Shown: piece after piece, positions 12,016 to 26,704 of the stretch | How the letters are laid out: each line of letters starts with the position of its first letter | How positions within the stretch are numbered: the stretch's first letter is position 1 | Assembly (NCBI GenBank): GCA_048128005.1 | Contig: JBEUKZ010000077.1 | Coordinates: 62,001 to 126,000, forward strand | From: Veleropilina oligotropha | Lineage: Eukaryota | Reading direction: 5' to 3' | DNA length: 64,000 nucleotides | Notes under the pieces: generated by a model | What the model was told of the DNA's origin: nothing | The model's database searches: none | The model's input: only the letters and a program-made list of their open reading frames with translations | Position numbers and translations under genes: made by a program

Positions 12016-14884
12016 AATTCCAGTTCCTAGTAAAAAGCAAAAAGGACATTATAACAAGAACGACGCGTTCAGAATATGTCTTGACCTTTGTCTGTTAGTG
12101 CCGCCAGTTTAACAGTAACTGAGTTATATAATATATATTAGTTTACATTATTTAAAAATTATTACGCATTCTAATAGTATTTGTTTACTTGCCAACATTA
12201 TGAATCATTGATTCTCTGTTAGCTGCGGATACCAAATATGACGTCACACTGTTATGATGTTCAATGGAAAATGACGTCAAATCCTGCGACAAAATGACGT
12301 CATGAAAATTATTTTGTACTGATTATATAGGAAATATGCATAAAAATGCCTGTGAAAAGCAAATTTTACGAAATTTTGTCCTGAAAGTTATATACATGAC
12401 CTACAAATAGTCTTGGGAATGTATTTTGGCAAAAATTGAGCTGGTAGTTTTCCAGTAAATCTGCAGATATATATATATATATATATATATACAACCGGAC
12501 CATTAGATTATGTCGTGTCCTTTTTACCTGCGTCTAGCAGGGTCAATGAATGGTACATGTTGTTGTTGTTGTTCTTGTTCTTCTTGGGGGGAAGACAATT
12601 TTGAAATGATTTCAACCAGATCTTCCACCTTTTAGGCGACTTCGACAACAAGCCAATTTGAAAAAAGTGCATGACCACTTGATATATGAATTGAGAGATG
12701 CTGCCTAACAGAATATCAAATTACCATGACATCCTCTTTGATGAATAAATATTAAATCATACAGAAACGTGGTATGTATTATATGTATCACACATGTTTC
12801 ACAGTAGTAAAAGAGGTATAACAGTTAAACATTTTAAGATTTTGCATACTTTATTAAATTATAATTAATCAACTTTATTATAGTTAACTAAGTCTGTCAA
12901 AGGCGCGTCAAAGGGGCGTAACTCTTGAAAACCAATTTGTGAATTCTATGAAATCTATACATGACTTGCGAATCCCAGAAATGTCACGTGATTACTGTCG
13001 GGTCAAAGGTCAAGTGGGAACAAATGACAGCCGAAGGTCGCAGTACGATTTGGTTTCGACGGAAAGGATACGAAGCTTTCGGAAGACCTATCGATAATCA
13101 TGGTTTGTATCATTTTCCTACCTTTATAATTAATAACACAAATGTTCCATGCAAGTATAATATATGTTTGTCTATTTGAAATACTTTTATAATTATGCTG
13201 AACTAGTGAATATTATCATTTGAACGGGCAAACAACGGGACAGGGGAGATAATTTTGCGTAGACGGTAACGTACCCACTTCAACACTAAATAATGTTCAG
13301 TTGTCTTAGATGAAATTATTTTCCCAAATAAATAGGCCTAACCGTTTCTTCGTATAATTTAGATTTGATTATTAATATTGGTAGGCTTTATCATTTTCCT
13401 AGAAATTGTACGTGCAGTATCGTCTAGAACTTAGAAGCAGCATATATATAATTATATACTGTGGTTAGGCCTACATAATGTTTTAGCTGAAAACGCTTAT
13501 TTAGACTTTTTTGTTGTAAAAAGCTGTTCATTGCTTATCATGATGATGTAAAATATTTAATATATAATTTTCTCCGTCAATAGCTATTTGGCCAAAAAGA
13601 AAAAAATGTCTTCTAACTTTGTTCCTGTTACCCAACCCAATCTAAATTTTCTGCCCTTGGCTTCCCTAAAGTTTTTTATCAGTGATTTATTTTCAAAAAA
13701 ATCCATCTCTCATCTGACCGTCCTATTTGCTCCCTGGAATGCTTTGTGATGTGCGATATGTCTATTAAATAGTATTAATGGCTGCATACAAATATTTACC
13801 TACCTACCTTCCCTAATTTTTTATGTCAGATCATATAACAGGAACCAAACCATTTTTTGCATTGGGGGGGGGGGGGGGGGCCTTCTTTATAAAATAAAAT
13901 TTATGTTAAATATTTAAGTTTAACTGTTAACGTCTGTTATTTTGCTTATTTCAGGTGTGACTCTACCAAATAAAGAAATAAAACATGGCAAGCATTTGAA
14001 ATGAGACCCTGGTGAACCCAACGTTTTGGTGAGGTGCAGAGGGCCAATGTGCTGGAACTGCTTGGGACAAACACCACCTCTCCATGGTCACAGCTTTTGT
14101 CCAAATCCAACATCACAACCTTTATTTACATTATTAAGAATTCAGTATAAATAAATGAAGATGTGTGTTTCGATTTGCTGCTGTTTTTCTGCATAAATGA
14201 TATGTAGCTGTAATAGGAATTGTAAATGGAGTTGCTCAGTTCTGCTGTTTGACGTCACTGCCTTGTTTTACGGATATTTAATTCTACGAACGAGTATATT
14301 GTTATTTGCACAATTTGTAGTAGAATAGTGTAATGGATTCTAGTAATAAGTATACTGCAATATATACAATTGTTTCAACTTTGATCTGGTAAAACTAAAA
14401 AGTGGTATTTATAACTAGAATACAATATTTCTATAACTTACTTTCAATGAAGTCATCTGACTAACAGACTTGTTGTGTCATATATAAAATCCTATAATCA
14501 AGATATCGTGGCTGACAAGAAGAGATGTGTGTGGATTTTCCATTGCTTCATGGTTCAAATATTTTCTTGTTGGATAAATCTTCTAATTTTATTACGACTC
14601 AAATAAATTCTTTGATATGACTATTAAATTCCAAGAGCATAGAATTCATTGATAATGTTTGATACCAGTAATTCTTTCGGTGGTGGTTGTGTGGGTATGA
14701 GATCATCATGCTGGAATGCATGCAGAAAATTCGCTTGACACTATATGATAAGGGATTGGCTCATCAATGCTTGTTTATAAGTGAACACCATAATGGTCAA
14801 ACTGGTGAATTTCATCAATATTGGCTCACCAAGGCATGTTTATATTTAGTGTCTATCTATTTACTTCAGCAGTTAAATGAAAGG

Positions 14885-15138
14885 ATCAATGCTTAATGTC
14901 CTGTATAGTTCCAACCATCATTTGGTTCAAACCAGGACATGTCCTTATTATTGCGGGAGGAAAGCCTGGTTTCCCAGGTAAACCCGCCCTCTTCCACCAG
15001 TCACGGACAACTGTGCTTCATAACTTGAACAAATGTGCGATGCCTCAGCCAGGGTCGAACCCACTACTGTTCGCATCAGTGGAAACAAGTCAGTGATTTT
15101 CGGAATCCATAACCGTACCACTGTACTGTCAAAGCGGC
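14885..15138 (-). mobile_element. tRNA-derived SINE copy
   Basis: B-box-like GGGTTCGACCC and GGCTTTCCTCCC core on minus strand; related copies at 24403-24664 and partial ones near 21745-21900 and 24040-24190. Confidence 0.65.
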
Positions 15139-17440
15139 CTCAGCAGTTAAAGAGTAAATTATTGTTAAAATGCTGCCAACAATATTTTATACTTCATTTA
15201 TACAATTATGCATTATAATACTCTCTATTTAATTTGTTTCAATGAATCGTGATTTTTATTTTCTATGTTTAGCAGTTTAATTTACCTATTTTACTTGATT
15301 TAATCTTCTATTTAATCAGAATTTTTATGTGCATGTGTTAATCAAGAACATAAATATGATTTATCATTATCTCATGCATTTAGAGAATGTTATTAATGGT
15401 CCTATGATTCAATTGGTAATGTCTCACTTGGCATGATTGGCAGTTTAATGATTTCTGTTTACAGCATTAATATTTTTTAGTTGATAAAGTATATTATGCA
15501 TTATTTTGCAATTATGATGGTTTTGTGATTACTAGTATTATTTTGGTTATTTGTACTCATTATAATAATAATAAAGATGTTATATCCATGCTGTAAATTT
15601 TATTTAAATGTGATACTCACTGATAGTGTGTATACTTTGGGGTGATAGTCTTGCAAACATTTCAAATTTAATCTAGACAATTCAATTCAGACATGATAGC
15701 TCAATTATTCTGTTATTTCAGAAATTACCATCATCCTGTAGAAATAAGACTTTGATAAAATAAATAACTTAGGGAACTTATAAATTTTGTATTTTGCAAG
15801 CCAATCACTCCACAGCAAGTATGGACAGTTATATATGCCTATTAATTCCACCAACAGATTCCACTTTACAGAACAATAATCTAGACGTGATAGCTGTCCT
15901 GTATGTTGATGCAGTGGTTACATTGATGATTCAAGTAAATGTCTCCGGCAGCCAAGAGGAATCGCATGCATACTCAGATTTCCCTCGCCCCGCAGTCTGC
16001 TGCCACCCAGCACAAACAAAAATATTAAATTTTAGATATCCACCCACCACTATATTTGAATAATTGATGTATAAAACCAGCACATATACATTTTAATTGT
16101 ACATTTTATAATATACATCATAAATGTATGATCTAAATGTCACTCAGGTCTCATGAAATTGCTTTTGAGATGCAATATTTTCATGCGGCACCGGAAAATT
16201 GACATTGAAAATTCTTTTACCTGGCATTCAAAAATTCCTGGGCACATCCCTGTTCAAATTCTTGGCAGGGCACGATTGTTCAGTTAATAGTTACAGTTGT
16301 CCACAACAAGCCAGTGATAATATGGACATAAATGTTGTTAAAACAGAATATTAAACATGTATTGATTCAAACCAAAACATTCCAGTGAGATTTGATGACT
16401 GGAATATTGATACACTAAAGAAGAATGTTGCAACTTGGAATACCCACATCAATGTAACAATATGTTCAGTTGATGTGGTTCATCATTCCAGTAATTTCTG
16501 TTTTGGCGGTGCTGGGTCAACTTACTATTGAGATACCGTTGCCAACAATTATTAATAAATTAACGTTGCCAAGAGGCAGTGTATTGTGACTGGAACGGGT
16601 TACAGTCATGTAGGCGGTGTATTCTACCACTTAATATAATAGGAAGAATGTTTGTCAGGTCAGAGAGAGAGAGACCTTCAATACTCAATGCAGCATATGT
16701 CCGCGTCTGTCATATGTGGAATCGGCTCCATGGTCTGGCCCCCACCCAATTGATGATTGTTTTGTTACATTACATTGTTACAAGACTGTTTTACTTTAGC
16801 ATATCACGATCAAGATCACTGGTTTAAGATTATATTCCGGGGGGGGGGGGGGGGTCGGACCCACCCCCACTTGACGGACCGAGTACCCCTTTGCCTCGGC
16901 CATTAAAAAACTCAATGTGTTAAATTGTGAAAAAACTACTCGAGTCATACATTTTAGTGAAAGGGTTCATAAATGTTGGTAAGAAATATAGCTTTGGCCC
17001 TATCAGAGTGCAGGATAGGAGGTTTCATGCTGTTGATTGTCAATACAACATGGGCAGTGGGGTCAGGGTTCGCTACCATTACTGTTTTACAATATATAAT
17101 TATTTCGTGTAGTTTAATGCCTCCCATTATTGCCGTCGAAAGAAAAGTAAACGATGACCGTCCATTTACAAATCGCGCCGCTGTTATGCGAGGTAATGCA
17201 ATTCGTTCACTGATAACATCGCTTTATGGCTCATTATTAACATACATATCCCGCTGCGGCTATTCTGCATTTAATCTCGTAACATACGGTCCATAAATTA
17301 CACCTTGGGGTGATATTTCGATGACCGCTTTCGTTCAACCTAACGTTACGTTGCTCAAGTTGTTCCCACTTCCGGTAAACCAGAACGAGGCTCGCTGAGA
17401 TTCGAAAGTCATGTATACTATAATCGTGGAGAGTTTGTGG

Positions 17441-17802
17441 AATAAAATAAATAAATAAATAAAATAAAATAAAATAAAATAAAATAAATAAATAAAATAA
17501 AATAAAATAAAATAAATAAATTAATAAATAAAATAAAATTATAAAGAAAAATAAAAATAAAATAAAATAAAATAAAATAAAATAAAATAAAATAAATAAA
17601 ATAAAATAAAATAAAATAAATAAATTAAAATAAATTAAAAAAATAAAATAAAATAAAATAAAATAAAATAAAATAAAATAAAATAAATAAAATAAAATAA
17701 AATAAAATAAAATAAAATAAAATAAATAAATTAAAATAAATTAAAAAAATAAAATAAAATAAAATAAATAAATAAAATAAAATAAAATATAATATAATAT
17801 AA
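17441..17802. repeat. (AAAAT)n microsatellite
   Basis: Directly visible. Confidence 0.97.
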
Positions 17803-18760
17803 TGTGGGGAGACTCACCCGTCGAAGACGGGTACCTTGGCTAGTCATACAGAAACATGGTCTGTATTATATGTATCACACATGTTTCACAGTATAAATTT
17901 TGCTTATGACGCAGGTTATTGCACACATTATGTGCTTGTTTACAAAAAGGTCACGACTTAATAAACAAGAACGATTCGTTCGGAATATGTCTAAACCTTT
18001 TCTTTATTTCCGTCAAATTTTCGGAACAGGTATAACGTTATACAATGGTGAAGTGTACTTCATGACTTTACCGTCAATTGTGACGTCACCAATGACGTTT
18101 AATCTAAAGCGACGTCGTATTGACGTCATTTAACGTTATCCCGGGGCGGAGAGTTTGAGACGTACGTTTATCCTGTGAGCTTTGAAAATATCACACGAGA
18201 CAAAGTTGAGTGTGATATTTGCATAGCGAACAGGATAAACGTACGTATCAAACGAGAAGCTGCAGGGTAACATTTTTATTTTCATTTTATTTATAAAAAA
18301 AACTTACTTTATATGCCTGTCAATGCTGAACAATGACTAAGCAATGAATAACGTCATGTTAAATTGTACCTTATGGGTTATTCTAAGCGCAAAATAACCT
18401 GGATATTTGAAAAGTTGAAGAATAGTTAGTCATATACATTCATGTATATGATTGAATCTCAAAGAAATACTTGAAAACACTTGATTATCTCCCGCAGAAG
18501 CGAATGACGTCTAGCAGACGACGTGCAGTTTGATACAAAAACGTCGAGTTTGAGACGAGTATTTTCCTAACTCCACGTGACGTCATTTTGACCAATCGGA
18601 CGTATATAGCAAATATGCATAAAAGTGCTTAATAAATGCATATTTTTGCAAAATTGTGTCTACAAATACTCATGAGAATGTGTATATCATTTATGGTCAA
18701 AAACGAGACGGTAGTTTTCAAATAAATCGACGGATATATAGTATATATACCGGTATATGT

Positions 18761-19064
18761 ATAGGTTACACCACGAGGTTTGGTTGTCTAATCGGAAAAG
18801 CATGCAGTTAATCAACGAGGCACGAAACGCCGAGTTGATTACTAGTAACTCCACAGGCTTTCCCGATTAGATAATACAAACCGAGTGATATAACCGACTT
18901 AAACCATTGCAAAAGTGTAAAATAATTTAAAATATGTGATTATAATAACCTAATGCACCCATTTTTAGTGTAAGAAAGTAGTCCCCCGTGCTCTAACTAA
19001 CACTATGGCCAGTTAGACCATGGGCCAAGACAATAGATCGAATGACGTCACAAAAATGGTATAA
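18761..19064 (+). mobile_element. ~300-bp dispersed non-autonomous element with terminal foldback; second, inverted copy at 33883-34185
   Basis: Shared TCTAATCGGAAAAGC...GCTTTYCCGATTAGA hairpin and TGGCCAGTTAGACCATGGGCCAAGACAA body. Confidence 0.75.
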
Positions 19065-19945
19065 GTATATATATACACACGGACCATATGATTATGTCTT
19101 GTCCTTTTTTACAAAAAGGTCAAGACATAAAAATACGTCAGTACATTTTTATAAAGCTCGAACATACATTTTAACAACCTGGCTATACCCATTGAGTTGA
19201 TTCTGATTAACCTATTTGATTTATGATAACATTTAATGCTTCTAGTACTGTATAATTCTGCGTCACCAGTGTATCATGCGTTAATCATATGGCGATCCTT
19301 CAAAGTTGTAACTGCAACGTATTAAACACATTTTTACTAATCTATGTTAGTGCAACTCTTATTAATGTATATATTATATGAACTTCAACAGGACTTACAT
19401 CATCATTCGTACTACGTTCCACTAAACCAAGTTGCACTTCCTCGCAACCAAAATCCCGCAGAGTTGTCTCCCTTGCACTGTTAACAAAAAACTCCATAGC
19501 CTGCAAAACTCTACGGAAGTTTTGAAGGGACATGTTAAATAAATACAAAGACAGAATCTGTTCGTGAATATGAAATATCGTCGTATCCTAAAGGCCCTCC
19601 TTCAAATTCAAAAATTCATTGTACGAACTGATAAATCTCACACTATACTATTAATATTTATGTTGGTAATTTAAATTAATTATTAGAAGCAGAGGAGCGC
19701 CCCACGATATTACCACACACACATTTCCTTTCCGAATATAAATAATATATAGGCCTATGAATAAATGATTATAAAATATTTCACTTTTATTAAGCTAGCT
19801 ATGCAGTTATCATGACTATTTGGTGACAAATTAACGAAAATACAACATAACAGTGTTCATTGTTGGTGTGACAACATGTATATGCACATGTCTATAGCCC
19901 GGATGACCGGCGAAACACCTATAGGGGACGGCGAGGCTCATGCAT

Positions 19946-20115
19946 CACAGTCCCCCGACGATACATCACATAATAAAATAAAAATATCGAAATCGCAAAG
20001 AAAATGCCCCACCCATTGATTGCTGTCTATGTTATAGCAATCAATATCTGGGACATTTGCCTGGCGATTTCGATAATGCTTACTTTATTTTGTGACGTAT
20101 CGTCGAGGGACTGTG
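19946..20115. mobile_element. MITE with CACAGTCCC termini and 7-bp TSD (CATGCAT)
   Basis: Imperfect full-length palindrome; CATGCAT at 19939-19945 and 20116-20122. Confidence 0.85.
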
Positions 20116-20464
20116 CATGCATGCAACCATGTTTCAACACATGCATATTCCTAATCAGAATATAAACTATATTTAAATAGGTCCATAAAGCATGAAAGTT
20201 TCAACCCCATAATGCCGAAGAAAATATTTTCCAACTATTAAAATAAATTAACAAAACAACAAATTTAGCGATACTTTCTTTTAAGTCTAAAAACGGTCAT
20301 GGAGGTGACATGAGGCAGGGTGGATAGAGATAACTAGACATTGGTTCGGGTGAATTAACATATTGAAAATCTATATTATAATAGATCGATCCACTAGGTG
20401 GGGGGGTGCAGATATGACCAGTCAAGCTGGTGGCGCCACGAAACACACAGAGAGGTAGGCAACC

Positions 20465-21599
20465 CTCTACGGAATCACAGACAATGCCCTCATGTGGACA
20501 AGCGACTTCCTACATGGACGCAACCAGAAGGTAGTACTTGACGACCAAACCAGCACCTATTTCGCAATTACATCAGGAGTGCCCCAAGGCAGCGTGCTGG
20601 ACCCACTTCTAATCTTGATGTATATCAACGATCTTCCTGACTGTACATGCAACTGCTTCATCCACAAGACTTTTCGCTGACGACACAGTCTTATACCGGC
20701 GAATCGACTCGAATAAAGACAGTAAGAGCCTTCAGGACGATCTGCTACAGGAGTCGGAAGCAAAGTGGCTGATGGAATTCAACCCCTCCAAATGTCAGCT
20801 GCTACGGATCACCAACAAACGGAAACCGGTCGTTTCAACCTACTCCATCCATGGCCAAACGCTGGAATCCGTAACAGTGGCGAAATACATTGGAGTTAAC
20901 ATCGACTCAAAGCTGACCGCCAACAAGCATGTGGACGCAATCTCCAAAAATGCCAACTCAACCCGCGAATTTCTCAGTTGCAATCTCAAGAAGTGCAGCA
21001 AGACGGTAAAGGCGGCAAGCTACACCACATACGTGCGCCCAACCATTGAATACGCAGCGGCAGCCTGGGATGCCCACACTCGGTGCAACGCTACGTCATG
21101 AGCGACTACCATCGAACCAACAGCGTCACCACCATGCTACAGGAGTTAATGTGGCCCTCACTGGAAGAGAAGAGGAAGCAAAGCCGCCTCGCCATGATGT
21201 ACCGCATCATGATTCATCTAGTCAAGGTCTAGTCGATATCCAATGGCAAGCCAATACGTTTCACTGGCGTCGTCCACCACTAGAGTCACAACTCACGGTT
21301 GCTCCAAATCCAGTGCACCCTATTCGTTCTCCCCTCGCACCATCTACGACTGAAATAGACTAGAGAACGACCCACTGCTCTCTCCATTCATAGACTCCTC
21401 CAGAGCGTGGATGAAGAGCTCATCAGCCTGACTACCTGACACTTCGTGTTTTTAACCGAGCACTGTAAATACGTCGCACACGTTTTATTAACGGATTCCC
21501 GTCCGGTGCATGCACACATTGCACGCAGTGCGTTTGTCCTCGATCATTTGAGGTCGAACTTTCCTGGAAGAAGAAGAAAAAGAAGAAGAAGAAGAAGAA
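20465..21599 (+). mobile_element. 5'-truncated, degraded CR1/L2-group LINE (RT C-terminal half, GAA-repeat tail)
   Basis: SGVPQGSVL, YINDLP, FADD, MEFNPSKC, YVRPTIEYAAAAWD motifs with frameshifts; (GAA)n at 21567-21599. Confidence 0.88.
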
Positions 21600-23326
21600 A
21601 TGACAACATTCAAGTCACTTGACCTGTGGTGGGACAAATCCGTTAGCGGAGGTAGGAGAAAATGCTAATAATGGGCAAGGCAGAAAGAACAGATACCATT
21701 TCATCCGATCGAAGTACTATAAAGCCAGGACGATATTCAACTATGCCTGATTCCGCTGACGCGAACAGTAGTGGGTTCGAAACTCAGTTTGGACATTAAT
21801 TGACATTATTTGTTCAGTTATGAATCACAGTTGTCCGTAACTGTTCTGAGAGGGAGTTGCCTTGAAAGTTGTGGTTGTATAGATACAGGATATTAAGCAT
21901 CCTTCTCACACCTTGCAATACCAACGCCGATGCATTACGGGAATCACAGTTAAAGAAGCTAGGTGTAAATGTTGGTGGCCATGCAACAGCTGATACATTT
22001 GGAAGTCGCAGATGGCAGGTAGCATTGCACTTGACCTTCACGGGGTGACGGTTTGCTGAACATAGTGACAAAATTTATAAAAAAAACATAGTGACAAAAA
22101 ATACGGCATGCGTATCCACGTTAATGAAGATAGAGAATACCAGAAGGAAGGTTTAAAGAACACCGCCGATTGAGCAGGTTAGCCAATTCAAGTAATTGGA
22201 CAGCTTTATTTTGACATTAGAGAGGGGGATAATGCCAAGATTGGGATGGTCAAGGCCGCCATCATAGGCAGGGAATTAATGATTCAGATCAATAATCTGA
22301 AACTGAGGAAGAGATTGACCAAGACGGAGAAAAGTAGACCCGTAAAAGCCGGATGTGGAGAGATTGCAGGTACGTGGTTCTGGAGAAGATTGTTAAGATT
22401 ATGGAGATAAGGTGGACAGTATAGAGTCACGAAAGAGGAGATTAGGCCTATATGTGGAGAGTGCAAGATCGAGAAGGGTCAATTGCGTATGGTTGATCAC
22501 ACCCGGAAGAGGAAAGATCGAGCTGGTTGGGGCACTACTGTGGACAAATTGAAAAGAAAATAGGTCGAATTTGAAGACGGCTGAATCTAAAAATTTAAAT
22601 CGGTAGTTTCTTGCTAAACAGACAGGAACAGGGATATATGCCAACAATAACACCCAATTTACCACCCTTAATTCCGGGTCATATCAGAACATGTCCATAT
22701 TATCGCTGAAGAACAGCTCAAGAAACTCACCTGCACCGGTTAGTTAATTATTAACAACTCTGAATGTACATGTGCCTAGCGGTAGATTCGAATCCACCCC
22801 TGTATGTAATAAATTTCAAGCGAATGAATTGGCATCCATATATGTGGGTCGCCTAAGTGTAATATAGGCTACGTACTCCTTCTTGCCGTCAATCAAACTG
22901 ATTCTTCAATAATTCGAAGTATGAATAAACAAGACATGTGACAGTGTTCTATGAGAAGATCGAACTGTGGTGTTATTTTGAATTTTTGGAAATGATGCAA
23001 TGGCGTATAAGTGCTTCCGTATTAATTTTTAGCTTGAGCAAACATGCTTTCGAGCTCTACAATGTAACATGTACTAGTCTAGTATTTAGATACAGTTTAC
23101 ACATATTTTCTAATATTGTTGCCATAACTTGTCATTGTCAAGTTGAAGAGAGCATGATTTTCTAGACCACAATTAACGTATTAATTTACCGGTAGGGCAA
23201 AATCGAAAATACGTACAAGTTCAATAGAAACGGGTCGAAAGTTTGTTTGCAAGGTTATTGCGTAAACGACCCGAGGATCGTGGCACGTCTCCCGTCGTTG
23301 ATTATCAGGAACATGTGTATTGACCT

Positions 23327-23542
23327 ATGACGGCGTGCCTATCAATGTCGTTCTTGAAGCATGTCTTTGTTGGTCGCGTGTCTTTGACACAGACTTGGGT
23401 TGATTCATTCAGCAGGCCGCATGTGTGTACCAAATTGTTTGTGCGGCGGCTCGGAGCCAACAAGATCGCATGCACAAGTAATGTTGACAACGGTACTATC
23501 AGCACCACACCACAGATGGCAAGCCACTGTATATTTAGACAA
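23327..23542 (+). CDS. ETHE1: ETHE1-type persulfide dioxygenase exon 1 (probable mitochondrial presequence ... CIFRQ)
   Basis: ATG at 23327, donor CAA|gtaagt after IFRQ (human LLRQ); exact start codon uncertain. Confidence 0.8.
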
Positions 23543-24402
23543 GTAAGTTAAATTAAAGATATTCTTTGCAAAATCGGTCTTTCATGTCGTATTGGTTATT
23601 ATCAGATTATGTTATGTTCGGTGTTTTGCAGGTCAATATAATGAATCCATAAGTGATATTGACCTGCAAGTCAATATAACGAATTCATTAACTTATTCTG
23701 TTTAATTGGTTAAAGTCAATCTTCTTTGATCTGTACTAAACATACTGATGCAGTGTGTTTATTCTTGTTTACAGTAAACATGACGTGAAGAATAATGTCA
23801 GTCATGTAACATTACAGTTACTGACTCTTGTCTCTGCATATATATAGCGATTTATCCACCAGTGACCACGCAATGTGATATATTTTCATCCAATCTCATT
23901 GGACAAAAGTCAATCATGTAACATTGTTTATGATGTTGTGGTCAATACTATAACAAATGCATTGACCTGGTCGCAGGTCAATATATCAAATTCTTTTATC
24001 TGCGGTCGCTCCTTTAGCTGACAAGAGCGCATGCAGACTCTGAAATCACAAACTTGGCTGCTCTGTAGACTATCAAAAGTGCGTTGGAACCTCTGTTTGG
24101 GCGGAGAGAGTGTGTTTCCCAGAGGTTTCCTCCTGCGATAATATGACATGTCCTGAAGGTGGTTATTATTAAGCATCGATCCAATTCAATACCATTTACC
24201 AGTTACACAAGACGTGTCCATATTAGCACGAGTGGAGTAGGGACTACTTAGAGGTCATATAACAATATAAATATTGATTTGTTCTGGTGAATATAATTAT
24301 TTATCCACCTTGAAAAGTGACATCAACTAGTCTTTCCGACTAGTTTGGTTTGATCTGGTTTTGGTCGTTTCCCTAAGCAAAAATAATAATATTATGATTG
24401 CT

Positions 24403-24664
24403 CGGCCGCTGCGACAGTCGTGCGGTCTCGAGTGATGACTCTGAAATCACTGGCTTGATTCCGCTGACGAAAAGTAGTGGGTGTGAATCTCTGTTGGGAC
24501 ATTGACATTATTTGTTCTGTTATGAATCACAGTTTTCTGTAACTGGTCTGGCAGGGTGGGTTTTCTGAGAGTCCAGGCTTTCCTCCCACGATAATATGGC
24601 CATGTCCTGCCTTGAACCTAACGGTTGTAATTATACAGGCCATTAAGCATCAAACAATCCAATC
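24403..24664 (+). mobile_element. tRNA-derived SINE copy in ETHE1 intron 1
   Basis: Similar to reverse complement of 14885-15138; GGGTTTTCT...GGCTTTCCTCCCAC core. Confidence 0.65.
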
Positions 24665-24787
24665 AAAGGTTGCGGGAGATAATACAATATATACATTATT
24701 AAGCTGTGACCTTGACAGAGCATGCTTGACAATTTTCGCAACTAAGAACTTGTTCTCACTTTTGTTGAATTTTTCCGCCACTTTCAG

Positions 24788-24932
24788 CTATTTGAATTTA
24801 AGTCGTACACGTGTACCTACATCATCGGGGATGCAGACACAAAGGAAGGTATCATCATTGATCCAGTTATTGAAACCGTTGACCGAGACTTGAAAATTAT
24901 ATACGAGCTGGGAATCAAATTGGTTTATGCAG
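24788..24932 (+). CDS. ETHE1: ETHE1 exon 2 (LFEFKSYTCTYIIGDADTKEGIIIDPVIETVDRDLKIIYELGIKLVYA)
   Basis: ctttcag acceptor, G|gtatat donor, 145 nt; IDPVxET motif. Confidence 0.95.
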
Positions 24933-25289
24933 GTATATTATTTTAAGAATGTAATCACAGATCATGGTACCTTTCCACTGAGTGTTAGTCACGTAGTTTC
25001 TTCGTGACAACAATAAGTTACCTACTTTACGTAAAGTTGTGTAAATACCATTCAAGATTAGTCAAGGCCGGTACCTGACATCGGATATATATCTTCTCAG
25101 GTTCTGAGTCATGGTCCATTTATTTGATTGCTTTTGTAGGTAAATCCAGGTTTATGATCGAACGTTATTTTAACGACCAGCCATGGATGAAATCACATTA
25201 CATTGTGGCATTCATTGTACAGCAATCAAACTTGTCGCATTGAAGTTGAACTCCACATAGAATGATGATAGTATACTACGGGATATATG

Positions 25290-26704
25290 TCAGGGATCAT
25301 TGTGCGGTGATCCATTGGTTAGATGGTGAGCCATGAATCAGTCATCATTGGGTGGTGATCCATTGGTTAGCTATGAGTCAGGGATCATTGGGCGATGAGC
25401 CATTGGTTAGATGGCGAGCCATGAGTCAGGAATCTTTGTGCAGTGATCCATTGGTTAGATGGTGAGCCACAAGACAGGAATCTTTGTGCAGTGTTCATTG
25501 GTTAGATGGTGAGCTATGAGTCAGAAAACATGGGGCGGTGATCCATTTTTTAGATGGGGAGCCATCAGTCGGTGATCATTGGGCGGTGTCCATTGATTAA
25601 GATGGGGAGCCATGAGTCAGGTATCATTGGGCGATGTCCATTGGTTAGATGGTGAGCCATGAGTCAGGAATCTTTGGGCGGTGATCCATTGGTTAGGTGG
25701 TCAGCCACGAGTCAGGAATATTTGGGCGGTGATCCATTGGTTAGATGGTGAGCCATGAGTCGGGGATCATTGGGCGATGTCCATTGGTTAGATGGTGAGC
25801 CACGAGTCGTGGATCATTGGGCGATGTCCATTGGTTTGATGGTCAGCCATGAGTCGTGGATCATTGGGCAGTGATCCATTGGTTAGATGGTGAGCCATGA
25901 GTCGGGGATCATTGGGCTGTGATCCATTGGTTAGATGGTGAGCCATGAGTCGGGGATCATTGGGCGATGTCCATTGGTTAGATGGTGAGCCACGAGTCGT
26001 GGATCATTGGGCGATGTCCATTGGTTTGATGGTCAGCCATGAAGTCAGAGATCATTGGGCAGTGATCCATTGGTTAGATGGTGAGTCATGAAGTCAGTGA
26101 TCATTTGGCGATGAGCCATTGGTTAGATGGTGAGCCATGAAGTCAGAGATCATTGGGCAATGAACCATTGGTTAGATGGTGAGCCATGAAGTCAGAGATC
26201 ATTGGGCAATGAACCATTGGTTAGATGGTGAGCCATGAAGTCAGAGATCATTGGGCAATGAACCATTGGTTAGATGGGGAGCCATGAAGTCAGAGATCAT
26301 TGGGCTGTGATCCATTGGTTAGATGGTGAGCCATGAGTCGGGGATCATTGGGCGATGTCCATTGGTTAGATGGTGAGCCACGAGTCGTGGATCATTGGGC
26401 GATGTCCATTGGTTTGATGGGGAGCCATGAAGTCAGAGATCATTGGGCAGTGATCCATTGGTTAGATGGGGAGCCATGAAGTCAGTGATCATTGGGCAAT
26501 GAACCATTGGTTAGATGGTGAGCCATGAAGTCAGTGATCATTGGGCAATGAACCATTGGTTAGATGGTGAGCCATGAAATCAGTGATTATTGGGCTGTGA
26601 TCCATTGGTCAGATGGTGAGCCATGAAGTCAGAGATCATTGGGCTGTGACCCATTGGTCAGATGGTGAGCCATGAAATCAGTGATTATTGGGCTGTGATC
26701 CATT
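25290..26704. repeat. 47-49-bp minisatellite (ATCATTGGGCRRTGATCCATTGGTTAGATGGTGAGCCATGA(A)GTCAG..), resumes at 31562-31632
   Basis: Tandem periodicity; same unit reappears right after the Academ insertion. Confidence 0.93.
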
